The notes under the pieces: generated by a model
The model's input: only the letters and a program-made list of their open reading frames with translations
What the model was told of the DNA's origin: nothing
The model's database searches: none
IMG/VR virus record: IMGVR_UViG_3300028549_003773
DNA: 64,000 bases
Reading direction: 5' to 3' (one strand)
Source of the DNA: a virus
Lineage: Duplodnaviria; Heunggongvirae; Uroviricota; Caudoviricetes
Position numbers and translations under genes: made by a program
Part shown: positions 1-8,789 of the stretch, one piece after another
Numbering within the stretch: position 1 is the first letter of the stretch
Layout: each line of letters starts with the position of its first letter

Positions 1-115
1 TAGCAATTGCTAAGCTGTTTGCGGCCATTAAGAACGGCCAAGTGGCAGCACCCAAAGAAGTATCAACGAAGTAAATACAATTCAACGCCCCCGAAAGGGG
101 GCATAGGAGTAAGCC

Positions 116-517
116 ATGTACGAAAAAGAAATTGAAGCTCAGACCAAGAAAGTCGCAAACTATTTGGAGTTGCTTCAAATTGAAATGGAAAAATTAGCTG
201 CTTGGAAGTGTCAAGCAGCATTAGCATTCATAGCAACACAAAGCAACAGCAAACCTGCTCCTGTACAAGAGCAGACTGCAAAAATGACAAAAACCGTTTT
301 ATTTAAAAAGACAGGTTACACTGTTACTACAGAAAGCCGGAGGCGACAATTCTGTATAAAAATGAAGCTGCATATTAAAAAGGAGGATTTGTCATATGAA
401 GTAGTAAAAAGCCATGTGGTAATATTCGGGCAGAATTACAAAACGTTTGGGTGGTGTAATAAATTGTCAGACACCACAGTCTTTAACCTCTACAAATATT
501 GTAGAGATAACTATTAA
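116..517 (+). CDS. hypothetical protein
   Basis: 133-aa ORF on the + strand in the GC-richer block; RBS-like aggagtaagcc upstream of the ATG; no recognisable motif. Confidence 0.5.
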   Translation: MYEKEIEAQTKKVANYLELLQIEMEKLAAWKCQAALAFIATQSNSKPAPVQEQTAKMTKTVLFKKTGYTVTTESRRRQFCIKMKLHIKKEDLSYEVVKSHVVIFGQNYKTFGWCNKLSDTTVFNLYKYCRDNY

Positions 518-578
518 CTTCAGACTAGTGCCACCCGGCCTGTACTTATACTTGCAGGGTGGCGCTACCATTTTCAAA

Positions 579-600
579 TAGTGGTACAGTTTTTTTGAAG
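579..600 (+). promoter_or_regulatory. conserved intergenic motif TAGTGGTAC + T-run (instance 1), 58 bp upstream of the ORF at 658
   Basis: caaaTAGTGGTACagtttttttgaagg; same 9-mer plus T-run at 1352, 2554, 3902, 5581, 5674, 29377 and 35070, always + orientation and 45-90 bp upstream of a start codon. Confidence 0.4.
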
Positions 601-657
601 GAGTTGGTATTTTGCTGACTCTGTCATAATAAGGCCTAAGGCCGAAGGAGTTTCCAC

Positions 658-1323
658 ATGCAAACTTTTAAATTTGATAACGGGCAAAGGGGAAGTTTTC
701 GTCAAGTTACTGTATCTCCGGAAGGAGTATGCAGAGATGTAGTGAAAGTTATCCGTGGAGAGAAAAGAACAATCCAGGAAGCATTTACTGGTGACTTCCT
801 TTTCAAAGAAGGGAGAGTCTTGGAGACAGTGTCAATCATTTCCGAGAATGGAGTGCCTATTCGCATCTCCAACATTGTGAAAGAAGCGGAAGCTTGGCGC
901 TTTTGCCCGGCGGCATTGCAGCTCTGGCTCTCCGAAGGGAAAACTTCGTCACTGCCTGCAGGATATGGGTGGGATGGTGAGGTTACCAATAAAGAGGCGA
1001 GAAAAATCGCCGCAACACATAAATTCTTCCAGGGGCTTGAGGAGAAAGTGATTGAACAACTGGCGAAAATAGCCAAGTATTCACCTCGCTCAGGAATGCC
1101 CATGGATTGGGCCAAAGTAGGGCGAGATACGCTGCCATCGTCCATCTATATGGATGATGACCCATCCACATCATGGGTAGTGTGGACCTTTGACAACAAA
1201 GTGAAGTTGGTTAATAAGGTCAGCTCCACCAAAAACATTCGGGGCGCAGCTAAATTGCACCTCGGCGCATACAGAAACAGCAAGGGGACCTATGGAGTGA
1301 AGTGGGAACTCTTCCGTAAATAA
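658..1323 (+). CDS. hypothetical protein
   Basis: 221-aa ORF with RBS ggccgaaggag before the ATG; overlapping minus-strand ORFs of the track are treated as spurious. Confidence 0.6.
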   Translation: MQTFKFDNGQRGSFRQVTVSPEGVCRDVVKVIRGEKRTIQEAFTGDFLFKEGRVLETVSIISENGVPIRISNIVKEAEAWRFCPAALQLWLSEGKTSSLPAGYGWDGEVTNKEARKIAATHKFFQGLEEKVIEQLAKIAKYSPRSGMPMDWAKVGRDTLPSSIYMDDDPSTSWVVWTFDNKVKLVNKVSSTKNIRGAAKLHLGAYRNSKGTYGVKWELFRK

Positions 1324-1330
1324 AAAGTCG

Positions 1331-1369
1331 GTACCACTATGTCTGTATGAGTAGTGGTACTGATTTTTT
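1331..1369 (+). terminator. perfect 9-bp inverted repeat (GTACCACTA...TAGTGGTAC) followed by TTTTTT; terminator-like, or hairpin promoter (motif instance 2)
   Basis: gtaccactatgtctgtatgagtagtggtactgatttttt sits directly after the stop of the 658-1323 ORF and 50 bp before the next start. Confidence 0.5.
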
Positions 1370-1417
1370 GAAGCAATAACGCTTCTTAATTCAAAGCCGA
1401 AAGGCAAAGGGGATTCA

Positions 1418-1594
1418 TATGGCAATATCAGCTGAGAAAATAAAAACACTGCAAAGAAGAGTTGTTGATAAAATTTGGAAAAATAACTTTTTTGCAGTAG
1501 AAGTCATCGGATTTGCAATCCGCAAAGGCTACATCAAGTGCAATGATATTCTGACTGAGGAAGAGACAAAAGTATTTATGTGGAAAAAATAATT
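1418..1594 (+). CDS. small hypothetical protein (58 aa)
   Basis: ATG preceded by aaaggcaaagggga; absent from the track because it is under 60 aa; fills an otherwise empty gap. Confidence 0.4.
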
Positions 1595-1621
1595 CAACGC
1601 AGAAATGCAAAGGAGAAACAC

Positions 1622-1918
1622 ATGCAGATAACAGACAGTGACCTCGCATTATTAAAGGAACTGAAACCGAAAGAAGACGAACATATACTCTTGGAAGAAA
1701 CTATAGAAAAAGCCAAGAAAAAACTTAGCGTAGGAAAAACAGTAAGAATAATAGGTACCGGGTACACAGGTATCGTAAAGGGATTTAATGAGAGGCTTGG
1801 CGGATTTTATCCCGGAGTAAGATACCCGATATTCGTAAAAATTATTTACTCAAAAAATGAAAAATTCAAAGAAGCTGAAGGTCAGACATTCGAGTATGGT
1901 ATCGATCAATTAAAATAA
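1622..1918 (+). CDS. hypothetical protein
   Basis: track ORF 1580..1918 starts at GTG; the ATG at 1622 sits at the end of a 34-bp element identical to the one ending in the ATG of the next gene (1949), so 1622 is the likelier start. Confidence 0.55.
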   Translation: MQITDSDLALLKELKPKEDEHILLEETIEKAKKKLSVGKTVRIIGTGYTGIVKGFNERLGGFYPGVRYPIFVKIIYSKNEKFKEAEGQTFEYGIDQLK

Positions 1919-1948
1919 ATTCAACGCAGAAATGCAAAGGAGAAACAC

Positions 1949-2425
1949 ATGTGCAAAAAAAAACTTTTAAATCCTCCGGAAAATAATTACGCGTTTTGGG
2001 AAAACAAAGTAATGAGAAAACTGGGTAAAAAATATGAAAAATATACGTACAAAGAACTTGCTGAACTCTTTGGGAGAACAGTAGGAGCTATTAAAGCACG
2101 TTCCTGTGTATTAAGAATTATTGTGAGGATGGCTCCTTACGCAGATGAATTACTTCCAGTAATGAAATACAAATGCTCTGATTCAGCAAAAAGACGAATA
2201 AATACAGAAGAAGGTAGAAGAACTCATAGTAAAGCTGTAAAAATGGCGCAAAATCCTGAAGTAAAGATGAAAAGATCTGCTTCTTTTAAAGCACAGTTAA
2301 AAACTGAGCAAGGAAAAATAAATCTTGCAAAAGCACACAAAGCAGCGCAGACACAAGAAGCCAATGCTAAAAGAGCAGCAACTATGAAAGCCGTATGGGC
2401 AAAAAGAAAAGCTGATAATAAGTAG
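1949..2425 (+). CDS. HTH protein (sigma-70 region-4-like helix-turn-helix) with basic NUMOD3-like C-terminal repeats
   Basis: YTYKELAELFGRTVGAIKARSCVLR resembles sigma r4/LuxR-type HTH; C-terminus KRRINTEEGRRTHSKAVKMAQNPEVKMKRSASFKAQ is lysine/arginine-rich. Confidence 0.45.
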   Translation: MCKKKLLNPPENNYAFWENKVMRKLGKKYEKYTYKELAELFGRTVGAIKARSCVLRIIVRMAPYADELLPVMKYKCSDSAKRRINTEEGRRTHSKAVKMAQNPEVKMKRSASFKAQLKTEQGKINLAKAHKAAQTQEANAKRAATMKAVWAKRKADNK

Positions 2426-2553
2426 AGATAGCAGCACCCTGCCAAGTAGTTAACGGTGGGGTGCTGCTATCTTTTTTAACACCCTGTAGCTAACTTGGTA
2501 GTAAGTACGTGGGGTCGATTCATATGGGTGATTTGGTAGCGTGGAGGTGGGGG

Positions 2554-2575
2554 TAGTGGTACTGGTTTTTTGGAG
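2554..2575 (+). promoter_or_regulatory. TAGTGGTAC + T-run motif instance 3
   Basis: gggggTAGTGGTACtggttttttggag lies 50 bp upstream of the ATG at 2617. Confidence 0.4.
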
Positions 2576-2616
2576 TAGTGGAGATCCAAAGTTATTAATA
2601 ACAACAAAGGAGATGG

Positions 2617-2876
2617 ATATGAAAAAGTTTGTGAGATTGGCATTGTGTGTTATTGCAGAAGTAATAGTAATATTAGCAGTAGTTCAAACCTTCGCAGCCG
2701 AATTGAGCTACGAAGAAGTGAACTGCGACTGGAATGGAAGTACCCTTATTATACAAGTACCAATGCCAGCGCACTGGACTTGGGAAGATAAGGAAGTAGC
2801 CGCAGAAACAATCTGTGATTCAATTAAGGAGTATGAGGACCAGATTGAAATTTCAACCTGTGAGGAAGAGGAATGA
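2617..2876 (+). CDS. small secreted protein (signal peptide)
   Basis: MDMKKFVRLALCVIAEVIVILAVVQTFAAEL is an N-terminal hydrophobic signal; RBS aaggagatgg precedes the start; the track ORF began at an upstream non-ATG codon. Confidence 0.5.
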
Positions 2877-3071
2877 TTATGTTAATAACAGGAAACTTCC
2901 CATTGTATGATAGGGAAGGCATTCCTACAGGAAAGACGGAATTTGTGGTATCACATGGTATTGATTTAGATACAGGCATACCTGTGATACTACCTAATGA
3001 ACCACCATCTAAATTTCCAGGTGCGTTCTTCTCATTAGAAGCAAACGAGTGGCTTATGCCGGGAGAATAAT

Positions 3072-3899
3072 ATGAAATTTTGGACAGCATCATATGGGTA
3101 TCCAGGACCTTATAGACTGGATATAACTGTAAAAGGTCAAGACCCAATAGGTCGAATATTTGCGCCTACCTGGGGGATGGTGCTTGAATGGAAAGCCTCG
3201 GACAAAGGTCCAGAAGCGCAACAGAAATATATTGCAGAATATCATAAGCTGATGTTGGCAGTATTTGGATCCCAGGAATGGAAAGAGTTACTTTCACGGG
3301 ATTATGTCGTGCTTGTTTGTTTCTGCCCGGCGGAAGCATTTTGCCATAGACATCTACTGGCATATTACTTGAAACACTACGGTGCGACATACTGTGGTGA
3401 AATCGTGGACTTCGGGAAGCAAAAAGACATCCTGGAGTTCAAAGGAGACCATGCGTGGTTATCAAACTTTGCTCCATGTAAATTCACACACCTTGATGTT
3501 GAATATACATCAACTGAAGCGTTCTATCAAGCTTGGAAATTTGATGCAGTTGCTGTGATTCAAATAAAAGATGAAGACAATGACATAGTGTGGGTAAACG
3601 CTAGGGAGTATGTAGCTAAACAACCAGCTAACATAGCCAAGCGCTTAGGAAAAAAAGCAGACCTGTGTTGGAATTGGGACACAATACGCGTTGAAGTAAT
3701 GAAAGTTGCGCTTGAATATAAATTTATTCATAACTTACATTACAGAGCGTTGCTCAAAGCTACGGGCACCGCGAAACTTGTGGAAGGTAACTGGTGGCAC
3801 GATAACTTCTGGGGAGACTGTGGTTGCGCGAAGTGCATTGGAATCCCTGGAGCCAACACACTCGGCAAACTGATAATGGAGCTGAGGGGTGGCTTGTGA
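3072..3899 (+). CDS. DUF488-NADAR fusion protein (candidate ADP-ribose / ADP-ribosyl-DNA hydrolase)
   Basis: N-terminal half ends in VVLVCFCPAEAFCHRHLLAYYL, which matches the DUF488 CHR signature as I recall it; C-terminal half has FLSNF-type WLSNFAP...TSTEAFYQAWKF, resembling the NADAR/YbiA hallmark. Confidence 0.65.
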   Translation: MKFWTASYGYPGPYRLDITVKGQDPIGRIFAPTWGMVLEWKASDKGPEAQQKYIAEYHKLMLAVFGSQEWKELLSRDYVVLVCFCPAEAFCHRHLLAYYLKHYGATYCGEIVDFGKQKDILEFKGDHAWLSNFAPCKFTHLDVEYTSTEAFYQAWKFDAVAVIQIKDEDNDIVWVNAREYVAKQPANIAKRLGKKADLCWNWDTIRVEVMKVALEYKFIHNLHYRALLKATGTAKLVEGNWWHDNFWGDCGCAKCIGIPGANTLGKLIMELRGGL

Positions 3900-3901
3900 A
3901 A

Positions 3902-3931
3902 TAGTGGTACTGCTCCTTCGGGAGTAGTACC
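3902..3931 (+). promoter_or_regulatory. TAGTGGTAC motif instance 4 within an imperfect hairpin (ggtactgctcc ttcg ggagtagtacc)
   Basis: immediately after the stop of the NADAR gene and 46 bp before the ATG at 3958. Confidence 0.4.
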
Positions 3932-3957
3932 ATAACAAACTTAATAGGAGGTATAGT

Positions 3958-5370
3958 ATGAAACAGTTTATTGCCGTAACAGAAACCCTGGTGACGGGAT
4001 TGGAAGTTGTGACCCCACATTTGGCGTGGCTCCTGCGCTGCGCTATCATGGAACATGCAGGGAATGATAACGTGAATGTCATTTCATTCCACAACAAAAT
4101 ACCGAAGAAAGTTTTCGGTATGGCATACCCTGCGGTCAGAGGTATTGCCATCAACTTAGAAGAGCATGTGTATGCTGCTCTTGATAAGTGCATGAAAGAC
4201 GAAAACCGTAATGTGTCCTTAAGAGCATTACTATTGCACGAGCTTCTGGATACGGCTGTGCACGAAGCTGACCATCTCAAAAGTGCCGCAGAAACAGGCG
4301 ATTGGGATAGCACAGAGTTAAACGAAGAGAGAGCAAAGGCCGAAGCAAAGAGGAAGTCTTGGAAAGCTGCAAAGGAATGGGAAGTGGATTTAACCAGCTT
4401 CGGACCATACTTAGAAGCTGAGTTGGAAACCTTCATGACGGCTCTTAAAGAAGATGCCAAGACAAAAACTGACATGTGGAGAGACTTACAAATCTACATG
4501 TGGGATAAAAAATTGGGATACTACGACCCAAGTACAGGTGTAGAACTGGGCATACCTCAGACATTCGAAGCTCTGGCAAAAGATGAAGAGCCTTGGATGA
4601 AAGCGCCTGCAAAATTCATTTCTCAGCTCGGACCTGAAGTATCTGCAAGGCCAGTACCTCCTGCACCAGTTCAGACACCAGTTGTGGCTCCACCACCAGT
4701 ACCTGAAGAGGTTATTGCTCCTGTAGTAGAAGAAGCTTATCAGGATGCTGATAGTTTTATGAACTATTCAGATAATCCGTTTGATATCAAGGAGTATATG
4801 CCTCCTGCGCCAGTGGAAGCTGTTTCAAACCCACCTGAATTACCAGCACAAGTGGATGGGGAGTTCATGACATCAAGCAAAATCCTTGAAGTAGCTGAAA
4901 AAGTATTCAGGACTTTGTTCTGGCATGTGCAGACAAAATGTGAATTCACCACAGACGGTGGATATAACAATTCTGCAGCTGTACTTGAACCAGTGCGCAT
5001 TGACCACATCGAAGGCGCATTAAAGCTGTTCACTCATATGTGTACCTATGACCAAGTAGGTAAAGTATATGAAAACAATCAGCCGACGACGCATGGAATC
5101 AGAGGCATACTAACCAAAGAAGGTTTGCCATCTTACAAACTGTTCATGCGTATGAATGGAACACTGCATTACAGAACACTGCTTCCAGTCAATAACAATA
5201 AGGTAAAAGACGGTGCCTATACGAAATGGGCACAGGAAGCCAGAAATGGTGTTCGCAGAATGTTTATCTGTGAGGAAGATAAGGGAAAGGGTATTAAGGC
5301 ACATATAACCTTACCTGCTGGTCTACCCCTCGGCCAAGAAAAATTCGAAGTCTGGGGTACGAAGAAATGA
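3958..5370 (+). CDS. hypothetical protein with HExxH-like motif and Pro-rich linker
   Basis: 470-aa ORF; AVHEADHL (HExxH) near residue 100; PVPPAPVQTPVVAPPPVPEEVIAPV proline-rich spacer; otherwise unrecognised. Confidence 0.6.
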   Translation: MKQFIAVTETLVTGLEVVTPHLAWLLRCAIMEHAGNDNVNVISFHNKIPKKVFGMAYPAVRGIAINLEEHVYAALDKCMKDENRNVSLRALLLHELLDTAVHEADHLKSAAETGDWDSTELNEERAKAEAKRKSWKAAKEWEVDLTSFGPYLEAELETFMTALKEDAKTKTDMWRDLQIYMWDKKLGYYDPSTGVELGIPQTFEALAKDEEPWMKAPAKFISQLGPEVSARPVPPAPVQTPVVAPPPVPEEVIAPVVEEAYQDADSFMNYSDNPFDIKEYMPPAPVEAVSNPPELPAQVDGEFMTSSKILEVAEKVFRTLFWHVQTKCEFTTDGGYNNSAAVLEPVRIDHIEGALKLFTHMCTYDQVGKVYENNQPTTHGIRGILTKEGLPSYKLFMRMNGTLHYRTLLPVNNNKVKDGAYTKWAQEARNGVRRMFICEEDKGKGIKAHITLPAGLPLGQEKFEVWGTKK

Positions 5371-5580
5371 CAGTATCCACTGGATTTGTACTCAACAGAG
5401 AAACTATTATCACAAAATCTGGTTGTAAAATAGAGTACACCAGTGGGCTCAAAAAAGGGACTAAGATATGGATTCATTACAAAAAAGATGGGTCCATATC
5501 TTATGTCGAAGAGTACATGGAGGATACATATCAATGGTAGGGTTTAGGCCTGTGCAGGCTTGGTAGTCACTGCCGAGAAG

Positions 5581-5703
5581 TAGTGGTACCGTTCTGCGAT
5601 GGGTTGGTAGTAGCTCCTGCTCTCTTCCGCCTTGTGGAAGTGGAGTTGGGGTTGGAGCTGGAGACATGGAGAATAGTGGTACAGCTCTGTGATGGGTTTG
5701 TGG
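5581..5703 (+). promoter_or_regulatory. tandem duplicated TAGTGGTAC(C/A)G..TCTG.GATGGGTT.GT elements (instances 5 and 6)
   Basis: two ~35-bp related copies at 5581 and 5674, upstream of the ATG at 5751. Confidence 0.4.
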
Positions 5704-5750
5704 GTGTTCCCTTACTCATATTTAACTAAATCTTTATTAGGAGAAAACGT

Positions 5751-6686
5751 ATGAGCTCGATTGGAAAATTTGACGCGTCGGTTATGTGTGGTAGAGTGAA
5801 TAAAGTCAAAAACGCAGTAGCCGGTTTTGAGCATGCCGGTGTGTATTATCCTGGGTTCACGAAGCCGGACGGAAATGTCGTCCAAGCTCGATGGGAAGGC
5901 GTCATCTTCATTAACAATCTGCCTTTCACCGGCAAAGACGGAGTGAAGAAAGAGTCCAAGCCGCTGGCTATCAAAGTCACTGCCTGGAACAGCGCCAATT
6001 CAATACCAGGACACGGAATTGCTGACATCTGCGCCAAGTCGCTTTCACCGGGAAAAGAAGTCAGTTGTAAACTCACTGCTTCGTCCTACGAAAAACGCAT
6101 CTACGTGGACGGCATACCGCAAGTTGACCACAAGGGAAATCCCTTGTTCGACAAAAGCGCGGTGTCTTTCACCATGGACGGTCTGCCAATCTTTGGTAAT
6201 GACGCAGACGCGATAATCATGAATGAAATAAACGCTTTCCGCACCAACGGGATAGCTGTGACCTTCGGTGCACGTCCAATATTTTGGAACGTGATTGGTC
6301 ATGCTGACAATCTTGCTTGGCAGAAAATCAAAACTGACCGCAGAGATGCCATGTATGTACCTGGCCAAGCAATGTACGGTTACGCAAAAGTAATAGTCAA
6401 CAGCAATGCGGTACCTGCAGCGAACGCAAATGCAGCCTTGTTGCAGCAAATGGCAGCGATGCAAGCGCAACTTGCCGCTTTGAATCAAACTCCTGCAGCG
6501 CAGCCCACTCCGGTTGCTCCTCCTGTTGCACCAAATCCGACTACTCTCGGTATGGACCCGGTCATGCTTGCTCAGATGATGGAGATGATGAAAACCTTTA
6601 ACCAAACTCCGGTCGTTCCGCAAGCACCGGCTGCTGGCGCAACAACTACAGCTGCCGCCGGACTGTTGAACAACGTTCCGATCTAA
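5751..6686 (+). CDS. hypothetical protein with Q/A/P-rich low-complexity C-terminal tail
   Basis: 311-aa ORF with RBS ttaggagaaaacgt before the ATG; C-terminus LLQQMAAMQAQLAALNQTPAAQPTPVAPPVAP; possible OB-fold-like N-terminal region, not certain. Confidence 0.6.
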   Translation: MSSIGKFDASVMCGRVNKVKNAVAGFEHAGVYYPGFTKPDGNVVQARWEGVIFINNLPFTGKDGVKKESKPLAIKVTAWNSANSIPGHGIADICAKSLSPGKEVSCKLTASSYEKRIYVDGIPQVDHKGNPLFDKSAVSFTMDGLPIFGNDADAIIMNEINAFRTNGIAVTFGARPIFWNVIGHADNLAWQKIKTDRRDAMYVPGQAMYGYAKVIVNSNAVPAANANAALLQQMAAMQAQLAALNQTPAAQPTPVAPPVAPNPTTLGMDPVMLAQMMEMMKTFNQTPVVPQAPAAGATTTAAAGLLNNVPI

Positions 6687-7034
6687 GCTACATACACAGC
6701 CGAGCTGTTTAGCCTGTATGTAGAACAGAGTACCGTATCATCCATTATGGGTGGTACGGTACTTCTTTCTTTTTCAAATGGCTTCGCAGGGTAGGACAAC
6801 TGATGTTGCTGGCTATAGGCCTGGTACAGTTTTTTTTTACTCATGCATTAAATGGAGGGATACATGTCGTTAATCAGGGAATGCATTTCATATCACCGAC
6901 TTTTGGGCCTGGCTGCGCTAATTCAGTTACGGGTAATTTTGGGGTTTAGGAGAGGGATCCGCCGCTGAAATTGTCTCCAGACCGGCGATTAATTCATATC
7001 CAGAGATATTTACAGGTGAGTCTTTTGGGGGTGG

Positions 7035-7079
7035 TGTATAGATTAGTACTACTAATAAATATTAAACTAACCTATACAC
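7035..7079. terminator. 13-bp inverted repeat between convergent genes (bidirectional terminator candidate) at the GC-rich/AT-rich boundary
   Basis: gtgtatagattag ...21 nt... ctaacctatacac with one mismatch; lies between the + block ending at 6686 and the - gene ending at 7083. Confidence 0.45.
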
Positions 7080-7082
7080 GTT

Positions 7083-7745
7083 TTAATTTGTTATTTTTTC
7101 TGCTTCAATAATTTCCTTATCCCATGATGGAGGTGGGGTGGTGTTCTTATAAGTTTCTCTTACAACAAAAAATATTTTTAATAAATCTTCATTTAGAAGT
7201 CCATCTTTTTTTAAAGCGAGACATTGAAATTGATTGCCTATTTTTTTTATAAAATTATAAACTTTTTCTCTGGATATAGATTTAATTAAAATCTCATCTG
7301 AAGGTAAAGCAGATTCTTTTTGAATAAGCAAAGTTTCTAATTTAGATATTTTTAACATCAATTCTTCACTATCTTTCATGGATAAATTAACAATTTCATC
7401 TACTATTTTATTATGTTCTTCTATAGTAATATATTTAGTAGTATCTATAATAGTACCATTAGCTACCATTGGTACATCTAATGGTACTAACTTTTTTTGG
7501 GTACATGTACCCACTTTTTTAGTAGAATCAGACTGGGTACATGTACCCACTTTTTGTGCTCTTTTATATGATTGTCTCAATGTGTTGGCTTGTACAGTAG
7601 CACCATCATTAGTCTTGTTAAAATCTTCTGCTACTTTATCACAAGCTTTTCTAATTGACATACCATCTACTACTAATTTGGTAACAGCATCAAGAGCAGA
7701 TTCACCACAAATGTCTACATTAATTTTTACTTTACATTCACTCAT
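7083..7745 (-). CDS. HTH transcriptional regulator carrying in-frame copies of its own palindromic operator
   Basis: only minus-strand gene in the window; start moved to the ATG at 7745 (MSECKVKINV), preceded by AGGAGGT; region DAVTKLVVDGMSIRKACDKVAEDF looks HTH-like; KVGTCTQ x2 is encoded by palindrome copies at 7499 and 7535. Confidence 0.6.
   Translation of the reverse strand: MSECKVKINVDICGESALDAVTKLVVDGMSIRKACDKVAEDFNKTNDGATVQANTLRQSYKRAQKVGTCTQSDSTKKVGTCTQKKLVPLDVPMVANGTIIDTTKYITIEEHNKIVDEIVNLSMKDSEELMLKISKLETLLIQKESALPSDEILIKSISREKVYNFIKKIGNQFQCLALKKDGLLNEDLLKIFFVVRETYKNTTPPPSWDKEIIEAEKITN
7499..7548. repeat. two copies of the 14-bp perfect palindrome GGGTACATGTACCC (each followed by ACTTTT) inside the regulator coding sequence
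   Basis: exact palindromes at 7499-7512 and 7535-7548. Confidence 0.9.
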
Positions 7746-7768
7746 ATTACCTCCTATTAAAAAATACT

Positions 7769-7816
7769 GGGTACATGTACCCACTTTTATATATTGTAGT
7801 TGCTACATGTAGCAAC
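7769..7816. promoter_or_regulatory. operator-like palindromes in the divergent promoter region: GGGTACATGTACCC and GTTGCTACATGTAGCAAC
   Basis: perfect palindromes at 7769-7782 (25 bp upstream of the regulator ATG) and 7799-7816, between the - regulator and the + gene at 7875. Confidence 0.7.
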
Positions 7817-7874
7817 TTTTATAATATGTATTATACCACATTTAAACTGAAAGTCAACAAAAAAGGAGAAAAAA

Positions 7875-8099
7875 ATGTTCAATGCAATAACAGAAATAGT
7901 ACTAGTAATAATATGTACATCTTTCTTAATTTATAATTTTATAGGCTATTTTAAACTCGAACATAAACATAGGCTTTTTGAATTGACAATGCTGCTAACA
8001 ATAGCTGTACCTTGTGTACTTATTATACTGTACTCAGTGTATTATGTGATTTATTACATGTTCGAAATATTTAATATAAAAATAGTCATAGGATCTTAG
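7875..8099 (+). CDS. small membrane protein
   Basis: 74 aa with two hydrophobic helices; RBS aaaaggagaaaaaa before the ATG. Confidence 0.45.
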   Translation: MFNAITEIVLVIICTSFLIYNFIGYFKLEHKHRLFELTMLLTIAVPCVLIILYSVYYVIYYMFEIFNIKIVIGS

Positions 8100-8429
8100 A
8101 TGAAAACTAACAGTAATGATGAAATTTATAGAAGTGCATTAGATATATTTAAAGAAGTATACCTACCTTCATTTAAAAAAACTACATTAGAAAAAGAAAA
8201 AATCTTATTAGTACACCATCAAAGGCATGTAGAAACTTTTGCTTTTTTTGCAGTATTTAATGTGTTTTTTATCATAATTTTGGCTCTTGATAATGAAGAT
8301 TATCTATATTCAATACTGGTTGCTATGTTTTTCGCTTTATTCAGCCTGAAACATAACCTTTTAGCTGGACAGTACGAAAAGAGTATAGCTGAAAAGAAAG
8401 CTAAATTGCTTGATAGTCTTTATAGATAA
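8100..8429 (+). CDS. small membrane protein
   Basis: 109 aa with a central hydrophobic segment; start abuts the previous stop. Confidence 0.45.
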   Translation: MKTNSNDEIYRSALDIFKEVYLPSFKKTTLEKEKILLVHHQRHVETFAFFAVFNVFFIIILALDNEDYLYSILVAMFFALFSLKHNLLAGQYEKSIAEKKAKLLDSLYR

Positions 8430-8789
8430 CTATATACAGAACAAAAACAAACAAACTGTATCATAGTACTACTATTTTTATAACAAAAATTAAAAATCGC
8501 GCTATAAAATTAACATTTCTATAACAAAAATAAATTATTTTGATAAAGGAAATATATGATAGAAACAACATTACCAGGACTAGTACTAATGTTCTTAGTA
8601 GTATTCTGTATGTATATGGCCATAATGAATTTCATTATCTTTAAATTATTAGATAATCATCCAGATTCAAAAAAACCAAGAAGAAAATTAAATATAAAGA
8701 ATATGAAGGAAGATGGGCAATAGTTATTATAAGAATTGTACTACAGTACTATGGTTGGTGAATTGTACTACTATATTATTACTACTAAG

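Noticed and set aside
573-590. tRNA T-loop-like string ttcaaatagtggtac
   Set aside because: No acceptor or anticodon arms can be built around it; it is part of the recurring TAGTGGTAC motif.
702-1449. Minus-strand ORFs 702-1145, 983-1174 and 1171-1449 from the six-frame track
   Set aside because: They lie entirely inside or antisense to the well-formed + strand ORF 658-1323, with no RBS and no consistent strand context, so they are likely frame shadows. The same reasoning applies to most minus-strand track ORFs, e.g. 3735-4475, 6045-6623, 39737-40201, 55280-55699 and 57319-57663.
7746-7784. Track start (GTG) of the regulator at 7784 giving an MGTCTQ N-terminus
   Set aside because: The ATG at 7745 has a canonical AGGAGGT RBS at -8, while the 7784 codon lies inside the promoter palindrome. 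Start moved to 7745.
7378-7812. + strand ORF 7378-7812 overlapping the minus-strand regulator
   Set aside because: It is antisense to the regulator gene, which has a perfect AGGAGGT RBS. Its apparent length is inflated by the palindromic repeats, which read open in both directions.
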